DNA of 64,000 nucleotides from Moniliella sp. 'wahieum' (lineage: Eukaryota), in NCBI GenBank assembly GCA_003971905.1, contig RSEE01000013.1:682001-746000 (forward strand), written 5' to 3'. The position numbers were made by a program, and so were the translations under genes. Below the pieces are notes generated by a model. The model did not search any database and was not told where the DNA came from. It saw only the letters and a list, made by a program, of their open reading frames with translations. Within the stretch, counting starts at the first letter, position 1. Every line of letters begins with the position of its first letter. Below, one piece after another: positions 39,839 to 54,537 of this stretch.

Positions 39839-40970
39839 TCCCCCCGCCTTTTCTCGCCTACGTGCGACAGACCCAGGGCCCGTTGAACGTGCCGGCACGT
39901 TCAATGGGCTGCTTGGGGAGTCGCACATCCTCGAAGGGGCCCTCCCCTCCCCTTACCACTTTCGTTTCTGATGTTTCATCGCCTTGTGCGAGACCAACGA
40001 CGTTACCCCATGCCTGCTCTCGAGGCCTCGTTGGTCCCCTCTTTGGTCCCTCTTCTGCCCTGGACACTCCTCAGCCCGCATGTATCCCCGCCCCCTCTCC
40101 TGCCTTCTTTCCTATCTTGCCCTCTCCACTTAACCCTTCCTACCCCCGCCTGGCCCCTCCCCAGCGCGTACTGGGTGACCTCTTCCCTCTTTTCTTTTTC
40201 CGACCCCAACTCTGATTCTGTTCCTCGTGCGCGTGCTAGGAGGTTTATTCTTTGCTGGCGCCTTTGCTTTTTTCTACTGTCACACGCTACACACTCTCTG
40301 GATCTTCCCGGGTTGTTCTCTGGCTATAGGTGCATTTATCCGTGACGAGACAATGGGCCGAAGAACGGTGGTCGAGGGACAGGATATACATATATCTGCA
40401 GCCGCGAGAGAAGAGGAGAGGAGAGAGGAGAGAAGGATACGGTGGTGTGCAAGCTGCGCAGACTATATCTATGTACACAAGCTTTCTGCTTCTGGGCCCC
40501 GAATGGCAGCCTAGGGAAGCCACCAGTTCCGTGTCACAACATATACAGGCCATTGCAGGGGAGAGTCTTCGGGCCGAGCGAGGACAGGCAGAGCAATCAA
40601 CCAAGAAGGACAGTTGGAACGGAATGGATAGGCCGGAGTATCTACGGAAAAGTGGCTGTGTGAAATAAGGCAGGAGGGGACAAAGATGGTTGGGTATATC
40701 CGCCACAAGCAGAGATGAGTGGATGAAGCTAAGGAGATGATGGAAATAGGGAAGAGTTGGGGGGTGACCAGGGTAATCAAAAAGCAAACAGCAGCAAGCA
40801 AAAACAGTAAATGGGTATGCCGACGGCCAAGGAGAGAAAGGAAAAGACCAATAAAGAAGGAAGTGTTTGAACCCTTCCCTTCTGGTCGGTAGACATCCCG
40901 TCCATCAATGCCCTCAAGGAACCGAAACCAGCCAGCCATCAGGACAGAGATATGCAACGAACTTGGACTT

Positions 40971-42879
40971 CTAAGCGGCCTCTCCTGTTTCTTCCAACAA
41001 GCTCACCAAGCGCTGGGCCAGATTCGCAATGTCAGTTTCCACCGCTTCATCCGAGCCCGAGCGAGAGGGGCCAATGGAACTGCTGGCCGCCGCGCTCATA
41101 TCATCGTACTCGGCTGAACTCGTGAACCCGGTTCCCGTGATACCCGTGAAAGAGGAACTGGAAGGATCAATGGCCAACTGGCGTACCAGCCCTAAAATCT
41201 TTTGGGAGCCACGCAGGCGCGCACCTACGGCTCCCCTCCGCCTTCGAGCAGTTGCAGCACGGTCCAAACGGCAATATGTTGAAACGTTGTATCGCCACTT
41301 GCGAGGAAGCGAACCAAGTACCCTTCCATCCCCCCGCCGGCGCGTCCATACGTCGGTAAAGGCAGTGTACTTGGTACTGTTGCTAGCCAAGTTTCCCAGA
41401 GCAGCGGCGGCATTGCCCTGGACCTCGACGCTGTCGCTAGCGGTGAGAGGGAGAAGACGAGGCAAATGCCCATGGCCAACAAACGCGGTTTCAGTGGCTC
41501 GCTCAATGCCAACACGGCAGACACGCTGTCATCTCGCTCTGTACGGCCGTTGGCACGTGGGGGAGCAGGTCCTGGATTTTCTCCACCGCACCAGCATCGA
41601 CGAGGGCGAGCTTGTTGGTCTCGTTGCTAGCGGCCAAATTGCGCAGGGTGGAAATGGCATGGCACTGTAGTTCTTGGTTATCTTCCTGGCTCAGCAGGTC
41701 GATGAGGACCGGAAGGAAGCCCGCCTGGATCAGAGGTGCTTCATTGTGTGGATGGATGGAGACGTTGCGCACGCACGCAGCAGAGGCGAGGATGAGGGGG
41801 AGGAAGGAGTTTGGAGCAAGCGCAGCAAGTGGGGCAAGCCACCAAAGTGAACAATGTCCAGTTGATACGGTTCGTCGCTGGCCAAGTTGCGCAAGGCAAG
41901 TGCGGCTTGGCACTGGACGCGCAGGCTGGTGCTGCCCATGAGACGGATGAGGAGTTGGACGACGGTGGGCTGCATACCACTCAGTTTTTGTCGGTTGTCT
42001 GGATCGACAGCGAGGTTGCTCAGGGCCGTGGTGCAGTAGTATTGGACGTCAGCGTCGTTACTGGCCAGCAGACGGACCAAGACCGGGATGACACCGGCGA
42101 GGACGAGGTGGTGTCGATTATCGTCGTTGGGGTCATGTTGAGAGTGCGCCTGTAGCGTTGCGTTGGACGCGGAGGTCCTTGGACAGTGCTAGACGGGTGA
42201 GCGGGACCAACGCACTCGACTTGGCAATCTTGGCCTTATTTTCCTCCAGAGTCGCTAGGTTGGTAATGCAGCCAACAGCATTGCACTGTACTTCCACATT
42301 GGGACTCAGCATTTGCCGGATCAACGGCTCTAGCCCATTTAGCTGCACAATCAGCAACTTGTTCTCCGCTGGGGAAATCGGCCGAGGGAGAGAGAGGGGG
42401 GGGGGGGGTTATTATAGGCACAATTCACCTGGCAGACGTCACAGGGCAAAGAAGAGAAACGTACGATTGGCGGCCAAGTTGCCCAATGCGGAACTGGAGG
42501 CTCGTTGGACTTCCACATCGTAACACTGCAACAGGTACAACACTGGCTTGATGGCCTCGGGCCCGACCGGGTGCACTTGCTTCTCAGTAACCTCGGCAAA
42601 GGCGAGGGCGGCACTGCGTTGGAGGTCAACGTTGCTGCTGTAGGCGAGGATGGTTAACGCTAAGAGGCGGGCCTTCGAAGAAGTCTACCTCGTCCCGGTC
42701 TGTTCCCGCCGTCAGTCAGACACCAAAAGGGCACCGCCACAGACAAGCAAAGGATGCGCACGCACTCTCAAGGAACTGAAGCAGGTCCGCGACAGCGTCG
42801 CGCTCAGCGTCTAGCAAAAGTGGGGTTGGGGTGCATGGCGCGAGCGGCCGCAGCAGGCACGGCAGCACAAGTTTCCCAT
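40971..42879 (-). CDS. VAC8: Vacuolar protein 8 (armadillo repeats)
   Basis: N-terminus [10 protein letters not shown] (acylation sites), [62 protein letters not shown]; two introns. Confidence 0.93.
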
Positions 42880-43487
42880 TAACGGCACCAAAGATCGACG
42901 TTGGAAGACGAGGCAGTAAGCTTCACCCAGAGAAGGTGGAAGGGATGGGCGGGGGCCAAGGGGGTGGGGGTGGAGTTCGTTGCGTATTAGAAGACGGGGA
43001 CGTCAACGGCTTTCATGGCTTTCTATCTCCCTGCCGTGACGCCCGGCTCTGCGCAGCTCCACTCACCTCCACCCTGCCCGCAACCGCGCCCAGCGGCGCC
43101 CACAGGCCTACACGGCATATGTGGCAGCGCACTGTGGCAGCTGCGCACGCGGCTGACTTCCAGCGCCCACTTCATGGCGCCAGGGGAGATCGAGAGAGCC
43201 AGGGGAGTATGCAATGCGCTTTGCCCTTTATGGTCACACTGGTGCAGTGCGTGGCAGTGTCATATCCCACCCGTGGCGTACACATCCTCGTCCGTGCTGC
43301 TTTTCTACAACTTGCAGGCAGCGCAGCCCGCCAGAAGCGTGTGCATTAATAGACAAAACCAAATACAGCCGATCCAACCAAAGCAACAGTCATCACGGCG
43401 AGGGATAGTAGGCGTTGGCCAGGGTCTGGCGGGCATGGGAAGCAATCCACTCGTGGGTCTTGCCGCCAGGATGATACTCGTCCCAAA

Positions 43488-44724
43488 CTAGCAATGGCAT
43501 TGGTCAGTACAGTTCGTCCCCTCTTACCCCCCCCCCGCCTTCCGTCACTCTGCATCAGCCAAAGAGATGAGACCCACGTACACAAGTAACGAGAGGGATC
43601 GGGACAGACGGTGCGTCGCAGCAGTGCGCCGGTCTGAGGGTCCCGCTCCTGTTTCAGACAAGCATCCTGGACATTATCAAAATCACCTACCACGCCAGCC
43701 GCCAGGTCTTGGTACAGTTTCTCCTGTTGCCAGAAGATGATGCGGGCCGAAGAAGTAGATGAGGTAGGTGGGGCAGCCAAGACGAGCTGCGACGCACTTG
43801 TACCTGCGGGCAAGAGGTTGCGATTTTCCTCTGCTTCGTACGAGACGAGATGGGCAAAGTATGTGCGAAAGGTGGTGACAAAGAGATGGAAGAAGGTATC
43901 CTGTGGCGAGCCGGGGGCAGGATGATGTTTCTGATACCACGGACTGTATCCCAAGGCCGGCACCGAGGGAACGAGAAATGACGACCACCTATCCAGCCAA
44001 TAAAGTGTTAGGTGTGCCCGGAGCAACCGAGGATGGACGTACCTCGCTCCTTGAGCAGATGAATCACATGCACAATCGCTCTTGCCACGCTCTGGGCCAA
44101 GTCGATTGGATCTTCACCGGGCTGGAGCGCTCCATAAAACGCATCGTTCGAGCCACCTGAAGTAGTCCACGTCAACATGACACGCTTCCCATGTTGTCGG
44201 CATTACGCGGAAGGGTACGCACCTGTGACGACGTACAACGCGTCGGGGTCGACTTTATGTTGAGTCAGGTATCGTTCCACTACCTCCAACACCGATGGAA
44301 CCGGTAGGTTCATCAAGACGCCCGAGTATCCCTGTACACGGGAATTGTTGACGGTAGCGCCGCCATAGGCCAAGTCTTCCAAATGGTTTCCCGCAAGCTG
44401 ATGGGCCACATGTTCGATCCACGTTGGCCCATCGGAGAAGCGGCCGCTGTACACCAGTGTACACCCCGTTAGTCCGTGCTACACTCACCCAACGACAATG
44501 TACGTACTTGAAGTAACCCGGGTCGTCGGGCCAGGTCCGTTGGAGTAAAGGAAGGTGCCATTCCCATTGTCCGAAAGCGAGTCCCCCCAGAGGACGATCT
44601 GTGAGAAGCTCGGCTCCCTGGCCGGTGCGGGGGCCGCAGCGGGGGACACCATTGCCCTGGCCAGACCGATGAGGAGTGCCGCCAAAGGGAAGAAGAGAAA
44701 GAGCTGTGGGGTGCGGTTCATCAT
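43488..44724 (-). CDS. Secreted SGNH/GDSL lipase-esterase (CE16-like)
   Basis: Signal peptide, IVLWGDSLSDNGNG, GRFSDGPTWIE, DLAYGGAT, C-terminal CPDPSRYL; introns; 3' end approximate. Confidence 0.85.
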
Positions 44725-45504
44725 GGCCAACCGTGGGATGGGGCCAACGGCAGACGTGCGAAGGAAAGGAGATAAGTGCACGGTGGACCAGCTGCGGAAC
44801 CAAGCACACCACACCCCTGGGCCTTGCTAGTTACTGCCTCAATCGATCTCAAAGTTTCAACCGACCTCGGTCCTGTTTCTGTGAGGATCTTGGATCCAAT
44901 GTGCATCCATGATGCATGATCTCGCAAGTTTGCCACGAGCTGCTACGAACGCACCACGCTGGTTGCCCGCGTTGCGCCCCTGTGTTGGTATCGACGCCAT
45001 GCTTAAGGCAAGGCGGTGGCCAGCGGGGTGTGCAGCTCACACGCATTCTTCAGCGACCCACTATGTATCCAAACAGTCCCACCGTTGTTGGCCTGAAGCA
45101 CATGCAGGAAGTCATTGCGATCTTCGAGATGCTGGTATGGTACAGATGCTGATAGACAAGACCCGCACCAGGGAAAGAGCGATGCGCCCAAGAGGAGGCC
45201 AAGCGGTGACCGCTTCTGCCAGGCACAGCCTGCCGAGGGAAGGGGGGAGGATGTCAAAGCAGCTTAGTTGGTTTGCCCTAGTTCGTACCTTGCTTTCCGT
45301 GCCCAGCCAGCGCTGGAGGCAGGAGACGGATCCCAAAGACTTGGCGGCTCAATTCAAGGTATACAAGTCACTGTCGGGTGGGTCGGGGCAGGAAGTGAAA
45401 GGCATAGGCAAAAAGAGCGAACGGAGAAAAAAGGGGTGGGGTGGAATGCAACAGACATCGGAAAGGGGCGGGGGTGGAGATGGGTGGGGGAGGGGGACAG
45501 GGAT

Positions 45505-46014
45505 TCACTCATCTTCCTCCTCCTCCTCGTCCGCATAGAACTTCTTGAGCACCGCCTCAGCCTCGGCATACTGCGTCTTGACGTCCCCCAATGTGGATTG
45601 CAGCTTGGCCACCGCTTCGTCGTGGGTCAGATCAACCGACGCACTGGCGTCCTTGAGGCGGCCGTAGTGCTGGATGCGCTCGCAGCTGTCGCGCACCTTG
45701 ATGACGCCACAGGCGGCGGAGGAGCCCTTAGAAAGTGGCCGAGCTCGCTAAGCTTGGTAAGGTCGTCGTTGGCAAAGGCGTGGTCCATCTGGTGGAAGGT
45801 GTCCTCGGCCTGGTCAAAGTAGTTGAACACAATCTCCTTGCTAAACTCGTGGTCGTCCTCCTCGTCCATCTCGAGGAGCTGGTCAAAGATGTCCGAGTCG
45901 ATGACGTCTGGGGGCAGCTGCGCGTCGGGGGGGGCGGGGGAGGGGGAGGTGAGTGGGGGGCGCGCAGAGGAGCAGGTACGGGGCGGCGCGACATACGAGA
46001 GCAGCTTCAGCCAT
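45505..46014 (-). CDS. YPD1: Histidine phosphotransfer (HPt) protein
   Basis: IFDQLLEMDEEDDHEFSKEIVFNYFDQA, LSELGHFL(KG)SSAACG, RDSCERIQHYG; one intron near the 5' end. Confidence 0.93.
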
Positions 46015-46999
46015 GGTTGGATGCACTGGGTAGGGGTGGTGGCAAACGGCGAGCAGGCGCGGCCACTTGGCGTGGCCGACGACGGGTGGCCGGAATGGAT
46101 GCAGTTGGGACGGGGCGCAACCCTACTGCGCGGCCGCTCATCACGCGTCAGCGGTCGCAGCCGAGCGCGTCAGCTCAGCCTTGGGGGGGCAGGGGGGCGC
46201 GGGCACTGGCGCCGTGCGGGGCTTGCGCCCACACGCTGGGTGCTGGGGGATGGCGCTGGGCTGGGGCTGGGCCCGTGCGTCGCCGCCCCCCGGCAGAGCG
46301 CCCGCGGGCTGCGCTGGGAGCAGCTTGCGCCACCAGCACCAGTGCCCGCCCGCCTTCTTCCCAGCGGAACGCCCATTCCGCCCCTGCGTCCCACCGCCGC
46401 CCGCCCGCGCCACCGCTCCTACTCAGCCTCGATGATACTGCGTGCACACAAAGCCCATCCGCAGGCAGGGCAGCCTCTCCAGCACAACGCAGCGGCCGCT
46501 CAGCCTTGCTCGCCATCATCCGTCATCCATCGCGCCGCAATCCACCTCGCCTCTCCTGGGGCCTGAGACGCAGGCCCATTCGTGGAAACTCGCGAGGAGG
46601 GAGCGTCTGAGGCTTGAGCTTGAGCTTGAGCCACTGAGCGTGATAAACTTGCGACAGGGCTTGAAGCTTGGAACTCTTGATGTTTGAAGCTTGGACAGTC
46701 TAAGCCTCAAGATCCACACGCTCCACAAGCTCCCCAAGCCCTCATCAGATCTCTGACAACCCCCTTCTATGGTGGGACCCTACGCCCTCTGCGCCACCCC
46801 GACTGTCCCTGTCATCTGCAGCGGGCAAGGAACGTAGACGACGTTGACGTTGAGGCACTTTTGACGGTCAAGCTTCAAGCCTCTAGATGTCCCAAGCTAG
46901 CTTGTGATTGCGCTTGATCACTGATCGATGATAGCAGAAGTATCTGACTACGGCCGCTGGCGTGCCTTAAGTTATAGTCACTCGCTCGCATCAAATCCA

Positions 47000-49900
47000 T
47001 CCACCCATTTTGACAGGAGGAAGTTGCTTCGTACAAAGGGGGCGGCATGGGCCTAGCAGGGGCGACAGGGGCAAAAGGGTCGCATGTTGACGTTGCTGTC
47101 AGGAATAAGGGGAGGGGTGTTGGGGCAGGACGAGATGCAAGTTGGCGCTCAATGTGTATGTTCAGGTGAAGACCTCTGTGGGATCGAGATGATCAGCCAA
47201 CGTCAAGAAGGAGGGGAAAGGTAAAGAGAAGAGACGAATCACAGTATGGATGGAAAGGCCATGTAAGGCCCTAGGGAGGTTAAACTGGACTTCAAGTCAA
47301 CAACCGCGTCTTGACTGCCTTCAACAGCTTGGCCTCGCCGGCTTGTTTCGCAGCCACCCGCACTTCAGGAAGCTCCAAATCATCTTGGTCTGAATGTAGG
47401 TACAAGCCAGACGCTCAATCTCCTCCAAGGGCAGCTGGGCGCCGAGGAGCAGGATGGCAAGAAAGGACCAGAGGTGCGGGATGTCCACTTGATCATCGAG
47501 TGCCGTCTCAAAAGAGCAGAACGGAACCCCTTCTCCACTTGTGCAGGCGATATCAACGCCTTCCCCACCCATGCCGTAAAGAGCCGGCCCGCGTTCCACC
47601 ACACCCACTTTTTTGTTCAAGGTAGGCGGACAAACGCCTCCATCATCTCGCCTCTCCATACGGGGGGCAGGCTGCTTGCCGCCGCCACCGCCGCATCAAT
47701 GGTTGAATGGCAAACCATTCTTCAACGTCGTTGCGGATCCGCTGTTGAGTTCCGCTCGGCTCATAATATCTCCTCCATCATTTCCTGATGTAGAGGACGG
47801 GGACGATTCTTCTCTCCTGCTCGTAACTCGCAAGAAGCGCAACAAAGTAGTTGCTAGACTCGAGGGGTGTCGCGTGCCAGAGGTGAGTTTCCCTCGTTTG
47901 AACAGTAGATTGGTCCTAATAGGACTCTTTCCAGTATTCGAGGCATCGATGGGGACGAATTCTGTTGGTTGGGATCCACATCCTTCCTTTGGCGCTATAC
48001 TGGACGTGCGTGGTGCTGCAGCACTCGGATTGGAAGGGTGCAAAGAGGGAGGAGGTGCACTGGTCGACCAAGGTGAACTTCCTTTTGTCTCCACTGGGGA
48101 AGGGGTTTTGGCAATTGAGAGTGGGATTGGATGTTCGCCTCCGTCCCTCCTGTCTTGGTTGGGTATTAGGTCGTCTCGCATCAAGTGCGAGATCCACTTG
48201 TTCTTCGTAGTTCAAGAAGGTCAAGGATCATGAACCGTGCTCGGGAACTCAGCTGTGGCTGAGTGCTCAACTGATCAAAAACGGATGTAAATGTCCTGCA
48301 AGTTATTCCTCTGTACGAACCAGGCCTCATTCTTGGCTGCAGGCCCACCGCTCATCCTCTGTTGGGCCAGATGAGTGGCAATGAGTTGATCCATCTTGGG
48401 TCCGACGGCCTGAGTCAGTTGGACCCCCTTCTCATCTCATCCTCTTCTAACTCGTGCTCATTGCTGAGCAAAGTGTTTAAACAGCTGATACGATCATCTT
48501 ATTCACCAGGCCAAAGTTGAAAAGCGAACCGATGAATTGCAGCAGCCCCAGTGTTCGTCGCTTTGCCTTCTGTGCCTCGTAATACTCGTCGTCATTACCG
48601 CCGCCTCACCAAGCTTTTTGAGCCGCATCGCTCGGCCAGCGCATCCTCTGAAGTTGTTCTCCTTCCTTTTCCCCATTCGCTTTCGGGCTGCCACCTGGGT
48701 CAAGCGGAAATCGGCCCAGGTCGAAGCTTTCCACCCTCCAAGTTCGGGCGTAAGGCAGACCGAATGCTTTGATCGATCGAACGCACAAGAGTGTCACACA
48801 GCTGGGCATAAATTTGGGAAAAGTTGGGCTCATCAATCGTTTTGGCAAAGATCATATCGATCACCAGCTGCATCGTCTCCGCTTCTTCTTCCTCCACACT
48901 CTTTTGGTCCATTCAATGATTTGGGCTGACACGACTGGGAAGTTGACAACTGTCAGCTTGTTCAGTAGGGACTTGATCTTCCGTGCTGGTTGCTCTTCCA
49001 AGCCCTTATGAACCATCGATGACGAGGTAAAAACTGTGTGGTATCCAGCGATTTTCCCTGTGCAGTAAGGGTGGAGAAGAGACGGAAGTGGAGGGGATGA
49101 GGCCTGGTATGCGTAAAGGTCTCCGTTGCGTGCTTCCGTCACTGTTGGAACGAATCGTATCCCGAGGCATGAAGGGGGCCTCCATTGACCTGCGCATAAG
49201 ACGGACGATGGTGAATATGTCAGAGGAGCTCAAGGGCCCATTGACAAAGTCTCGGTCTCCGGCTGAGATGATGTTGGGCACATTGATTTGGGATAATGAG
49301 GCTGGTAAGGCATGTGTTACACTACCGTGTGAGTTGTGCCGCCACGTGGAGAGAAGATGGATGGAATGGGCGACATGTCCCCGAAAGTGGTCGTCCAACA
49401 GACGTTTGAACCGCAACAAGAACTCGATTGTGTACCTTGTTTTCCCCATGCTACTGCTCAGAGCCGGGGTCTGGACCGATGCAGGACACACCACTTTCGC
49501 GGGATCCACTGGCAAAGCAGAATACCGGAATGCTGAATTTACTCCTTTTGGCAGCGATAGGAAGGAATTGGTACCCGAGGGAGAACTCGCAACCGAATTG
49601 GCTCCGACCAAAGGAGTTTGAAAGGGAGGCTTGGGCTCATCGGGCTTGCTTAGAGCAGAATTATGGATGTGGGACCGCAGAGTTGTAACGCGACGAGGTG
49701 TCTGACCGGACAATAGGCTTGCCGGCATGGAAGTGTGTTTGACGATTTTCTCACGTCCCTCTCTTGGGGAATAGGTCACTTCCCCCTCTTTTACAGTTAT
49801 TGGGAGAACAGGGATGGTCAGAGACACCATTTTGGCCTTCTGTCCACTTTGAGTTTGAAATCCGGTCTTCCCTGTCTCAGTCGTAGATAAGGCCTCTTCC

Positions 49901-51200
49901 TTGACGGCGTTAGCTTTTGTGAACCCCTGCACTTCACCTTCTCTTTCTCGTATGGTGCCTTGACTTCAGCCTGTTCTTCTCAGCCTCACTTTCAGCATCA
50001 GTTTCGGCCTTCTTGCTAGCCTCGACTTCCGTCTCCACTCTTACTCCAGTCGCTTCCTCGCCATTGGCTTTGGCCTTATCCTCATTCTGCGCTTTGAAGA
50101 CCCTGTTGGCTTCCTCCACTGGTTTAGACTTGACTTCATCCTCCCTTTTGATCTTGGCCTCTTCCCCAGCTGGAACCGTTGACGTCAATACCAGCTTTGA
50201 CCCTGGCTTGGACCACAGCTTCGGCCTTCGCTTCCGCTGTCACTTTCGTCTGGAGCTCCGGCTCTAACTGGAACATAGGTTTCCCCTCCTCAACTGTTCG
50301 GGTATCCTGCTGGTGAAGCCCGACGTGTTGATCGTCTTCATCTTGCATCACTTCCTTCCAAGTCTCATGACCGGGGGGGCAGGACCCGGTCGAGGTTGGG
50401 TAGCGAGCTGCTCTTCTACTCCACGAAACGGAATGAGAAGCAGGCTTGGATCGGCGCCCGGGTTACTTGGCGGCGGAATGCAGCGTACCAACCCGAGCAG
50501 GTTTCGGCCGATTCACTTTCAGTTCCCAAATGCAACTGCCAAATGGGGGCCAACGTAGCAGGTTGCTGGTCCAATTGGATTTTGCCAGTTTCGACAGCGT
50601 GATGGGCTGGTGACTTGCCGGGTCAAGGATGAGAATCGCCCTGCTGTCGCATGCCGGCGGGGATGACGAAACTCGCGCGTGCGGGTTGAGTGGCGCGGCG
50701 GTCGTAGCTTGACTGGTAGGCGCGGTGGTAAGCAAGGAAGAATAGGGGAGGAGGCCGAAGGGCTGTTGCCCCGACGGGAGTGGGAGTGGGGATGGGGGTA
50801 GGGGGGTAGCGTACCTCGCTGCAGGCGGTGGGGCAGGGCAGTAAAATGGCGGCGCAAAGTAAGGGCGCGGCATGTGATGCATGTTGGGCTGTTGGTGATG
50901 AAGCTGGGAAGCGGGACGGGTTGAGGTACAGGCGAGGGTGTCCGCACGTTGGACAAGTGCGGGTCCGAGGATGCGTGCCCCTCGACAAACGAAGGTGGGA
51001 AGGGCGGCACATTTATATTGTCGAGCTTGTCGTGGGACAATGGGGATGAACTGTTGTCTGTCCCTGCGGACGGCGTGGTGTGTTGGCCGCCATGTCTCAA
51101 GTGCTTTTTCGACGAGCGCTGCGGGTGGGAGCGGGGAATGTGGATGGGCCTCCACATCTGTGGCGAAAGCGCGTGTCAGGGCGCAGAACGTGAGAGCACA
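47000..51200 (-). CDS. Translation initiation factor eIF4G-like (divergent)
   Basis: Pro-rich N-terminus, charged region, eIF4E-binding YxxxxL motif YTIEFLL (~49420), MIF4G (RKIKSLLNKLT, IFAKTIDEPNFSQIYAQLC, MILDLLELR), possible MA3 region at 47.0-47.6 kb; boundaries approximate. Confidence 0.8.
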
Positions 51201-52219
51201 CATACCCAAGAACAGAATAAACTAAGGATCGTGCTTACTGCTGCTCCCGGAGAAGTTTCCTTTAGCGGCTTCCGAGTATTTGGACTTGGGCCGCATTCGA
51301 TGGCCATTTAGGATGCGGTGGGAAGAGTGTCGGGAGTGGTGGGAAGAGGGTAGGCCAAAGACTGGGAAGGGGGGGCACGGAAGGTGGAGAGGGTGGGATA
51401 CGACGGGGTGTTGTATCCTCCACCTTTGCATTTGCCACTGCTCCTCTGTGGCCGGCTACCAAGTGGCCAAAGCGCCAGAATCCCTCCGGCGGCCACAGCG
51501 GGACCCTACTTTTTGACGTTCGCCTATGTATCTCGCATTGAATTGACCACAAACCCGTCTCGGGAAGCACAGGCATTGCTTTGTGCAGCATTTGAGCGGC
51601 ATTGTAGCCATGCGGCGCAGCTGTGGCGCAGCTGCCTTCTCCTGAACCGGGTCTATACGGCGAACGTTTGAACGCTCACTGAAGGCACGGCCATGGGGCG
51701 GTGTGTGCAGAGGGGGAAGGATGCCACTATTACTCCATCACAGCCTCAAGTACGATACTTTTCCAGCGTAGGGGCGATACCTGGCCGACACCTCACCCAC
51801 GCTTTCGAGCTCCTCCCTTCAGCCTAATGCTGTAGCTCAGTCGCAGACGATGCAGCCCTGATGGCTTACTTGGGACAAACCGAAAGACGAGGAATCTGTT
51901 CGGCAGGCAGGAGGGAGAGGGGGTAAGATGATGTAGCTAAGATCGAGGGTGCGCACGGGCAAACAGCAGGAGTACGAGAGGCGAGCCAAAGGAAGTCTGG
52001 CTGAGGTATGGAAGAGAGAGATGGGCAGAGAGCAATGATATGCTTGGATCCAACAGCAGAAAAAAACACAGGGGCGTACAGGTCAACACTGTGGCCCAGC
52101 CATAGCATGGGCGGGCCAGGCAAGTGGGTGAGGAAGAGGGGGCAGGGCGGACAGGGCGGGACAAGAAGAGGAGGAAAGGAGAGGAGAAAGGAATGGGATG
52201 AATGAGGGAAGAGAAGCCA

Positions 52220-53729
52220 GAGAAAAGCAGAGCCGTCAGACCCACTTGCACCGTTCTTCCAACGGGTACACCACTGCCGTTTCTTTCCGCCCAGGGGGCA
52301 ACACGACTGCTTGTGCCGACGACTGAGCCGGGGTGAGGGGCACAGGAGAAGTGAGCGAATGGGGAAGTAGCCTGCCGGACTGGCGCTGGTGGAAGAATAA
52401 CTCAACCGCGGCACTGCCTTGACCGATGGACTGGGACCAGGGGGGAAGACGGGGTCGGCAGCCGAGGCTGAGAGGGAAGCGTTCGAGAAGCAATGTTGGG
52501 CTGGGATGACGAGGCTGGGTGGCCGCGAGCGCGCAGCCACGGTGTATGTGGGTGGAGCAAAGGCCGAGGTAGACGCGACGGTCGCGGGTAGAGTTGCCGA
52601 CGGTCAAGGCGCGGGCGGGCGGGTGGTGGTGTAGAGCGGTTGCTGCTGGGTCAGGCCCGGGGCCGAGTAAGTCCGAACGGGTTGGATAGGTTCTGGCAGG
52701 TAGACGGGAGAGGAGCTTGCCAGTGTAGACCGTTCCGCCGTCGGGTTGTGGGCGGGACTGGCGAGGCCGCGGATGCAGCTGCCGAACTAGGCGCAACACA
52801 CGTGAGGTAGATGTATTGGTCCAAATGAACCATAGGGTCGTTGAGGGTTTGGGTGAACCGTTCCAGCTCTTCAGGGGAGACATTGACTTGGAAGTTCAGG
52901 AAGCCGAACAATTCCCGCTCCATGTGGTTTACCTCTGAGAGTGAAAACAGCCCCTGCCCCACAATGGTCCAGGATTTGTTTGAATACGTGTCATCGCAAC
53001 AGCTTTGCTCGCCAGCATCAGCGCACTGAGAAGAGCGGGTGGCCCGCAGAGCCTCGGGCGGCAGGGAAATGTTGCTTGAGTCGCCTGAGTAAGTACAAGG
53101 TCTGGTATGTCACTAGGCTTGGCAAGCGCGTGCGATATAGGGCGTATGCGACGAACTCGGCCAGGCGCGGAGCTGGCTTTTGGCTTGCGCCCACACGGGG
53201 AGGTGAACCATCTCGGCTGCTGTCTGGGCACTCAAACAGGAGATGACAAAGCGTTCACACAGAAGTGATATTGCTAGGAAAGAGGCCACGGGATTCAAGT
53301 CAGCGTCACTCCTTAGAAAGCAAAAGGTACAGTAAGAGAGGAGTGCCGGCACATACACTTGAATCCGTAGAAGGGATCGTAGTCTTTTTTCCGCTCACTG
53401 GCGGCGGGCTTGGTGTTGGAAGTGGCTGCAGCAGTTGACGCAGAGACAGTGGATGCGGATGCGGATGCGATGTGAATGCGGATACAGGGGCGGGAACATC
53501 ACTGACACCAACCGTGGTGCCCGCAGGGGCAGCGGTGGTCGAAGTGTAAGCACTGATGCGAGAAGATGGTTGTTGGTGGTGTGCTGTTGAGGCGGGCCGG
53601 TTGCAGAAGCCGGGATGTAGCGGGGCATGGCAGAGAAGGAGTTGGCACGGGCCCGAGCGGCGGCCGATACGACCAGGCGGGCACAACGGCGGGGGCAACA
53701 GTCGCAGTGGCGGTGGAGGTCATGGCCAT
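52220..53729 (-). CDS. Pho85-type (Pcl/Clg1-like) cyclin
   Basis: LSALMLASK, CDDTYSNKSWTIVGQGLFSLSEVNHMERELFGFLNFQVNV cyclin box; introns; 3' end approximate. Confidence 0.8.
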
Positions 53730-54537
53730 GGCAAACGATGGATCAGGCGCACATGTGGGGGGATGGGAGCATAGAGGTATGGGGAAGGGAGATGAGGGAA
53801 GGGAAGGAGGGCAATTGGTAGTGGAGGGGTAAGGAGAGGAGCAGAGGCGAGGATGGGACAAGACAGGGGCGACGGAAGGGGCGTTGGTGAGAGCAAAAGA
53901 AAGGAGCGAAGGGCCAGGCAAGGGGTAGAAGAAGAAGCGGGACGGTCAATGCAAAGAGCGAGTCTACGTACTGCGGCTGCTGCTGTCTGAGTTGTAACAC
54001 AACAGGTGGCTGGCTGTGCGCTGACATGGAGACACGCCTTTTGGGTCGCGGCAGGTGGCCGTGACGCGCGTGACGCGTGACGGCGTGATGCTTCCAATCG
54101 TTGCTCATCGATGGGCAGCCCAGGGTAGCACGCGGTGCACAGACTCACCGTCTGCCATGTCCCTTGTCGCACAGCGGGGATAGCGCGCAGGCGCGCCTCT
54201 TTCGCCCTTGTTCGGACGACCGTCCGTCCACAAGGAGTGCACAGGCGGGGTGGTGCTGGCTGCTCCCCACGAGAGCACAGACAAATGGCGCCAGGGCCGT
54301 CGGGCGGGCACAGGCGCTCTGCCATCCTCCAGCGCTGGCTGCGGTGAAAGTTATCAACTTGAAGCCTGAAGCTTGACACCTCCACAATCGTCGCCTGGGC
54401 GTTGCTGGCGGCGCGCGCGGGCGCAGAGGGGGGGTACGTTGGGTCCCAATGCTCCGCAGAGCGAGCACCTGAGAGCACACACACGGTGGTCATCGGTGCG
54501 ATGATCGAAGGCTAGATGATTAGCACTATGGACCAAA

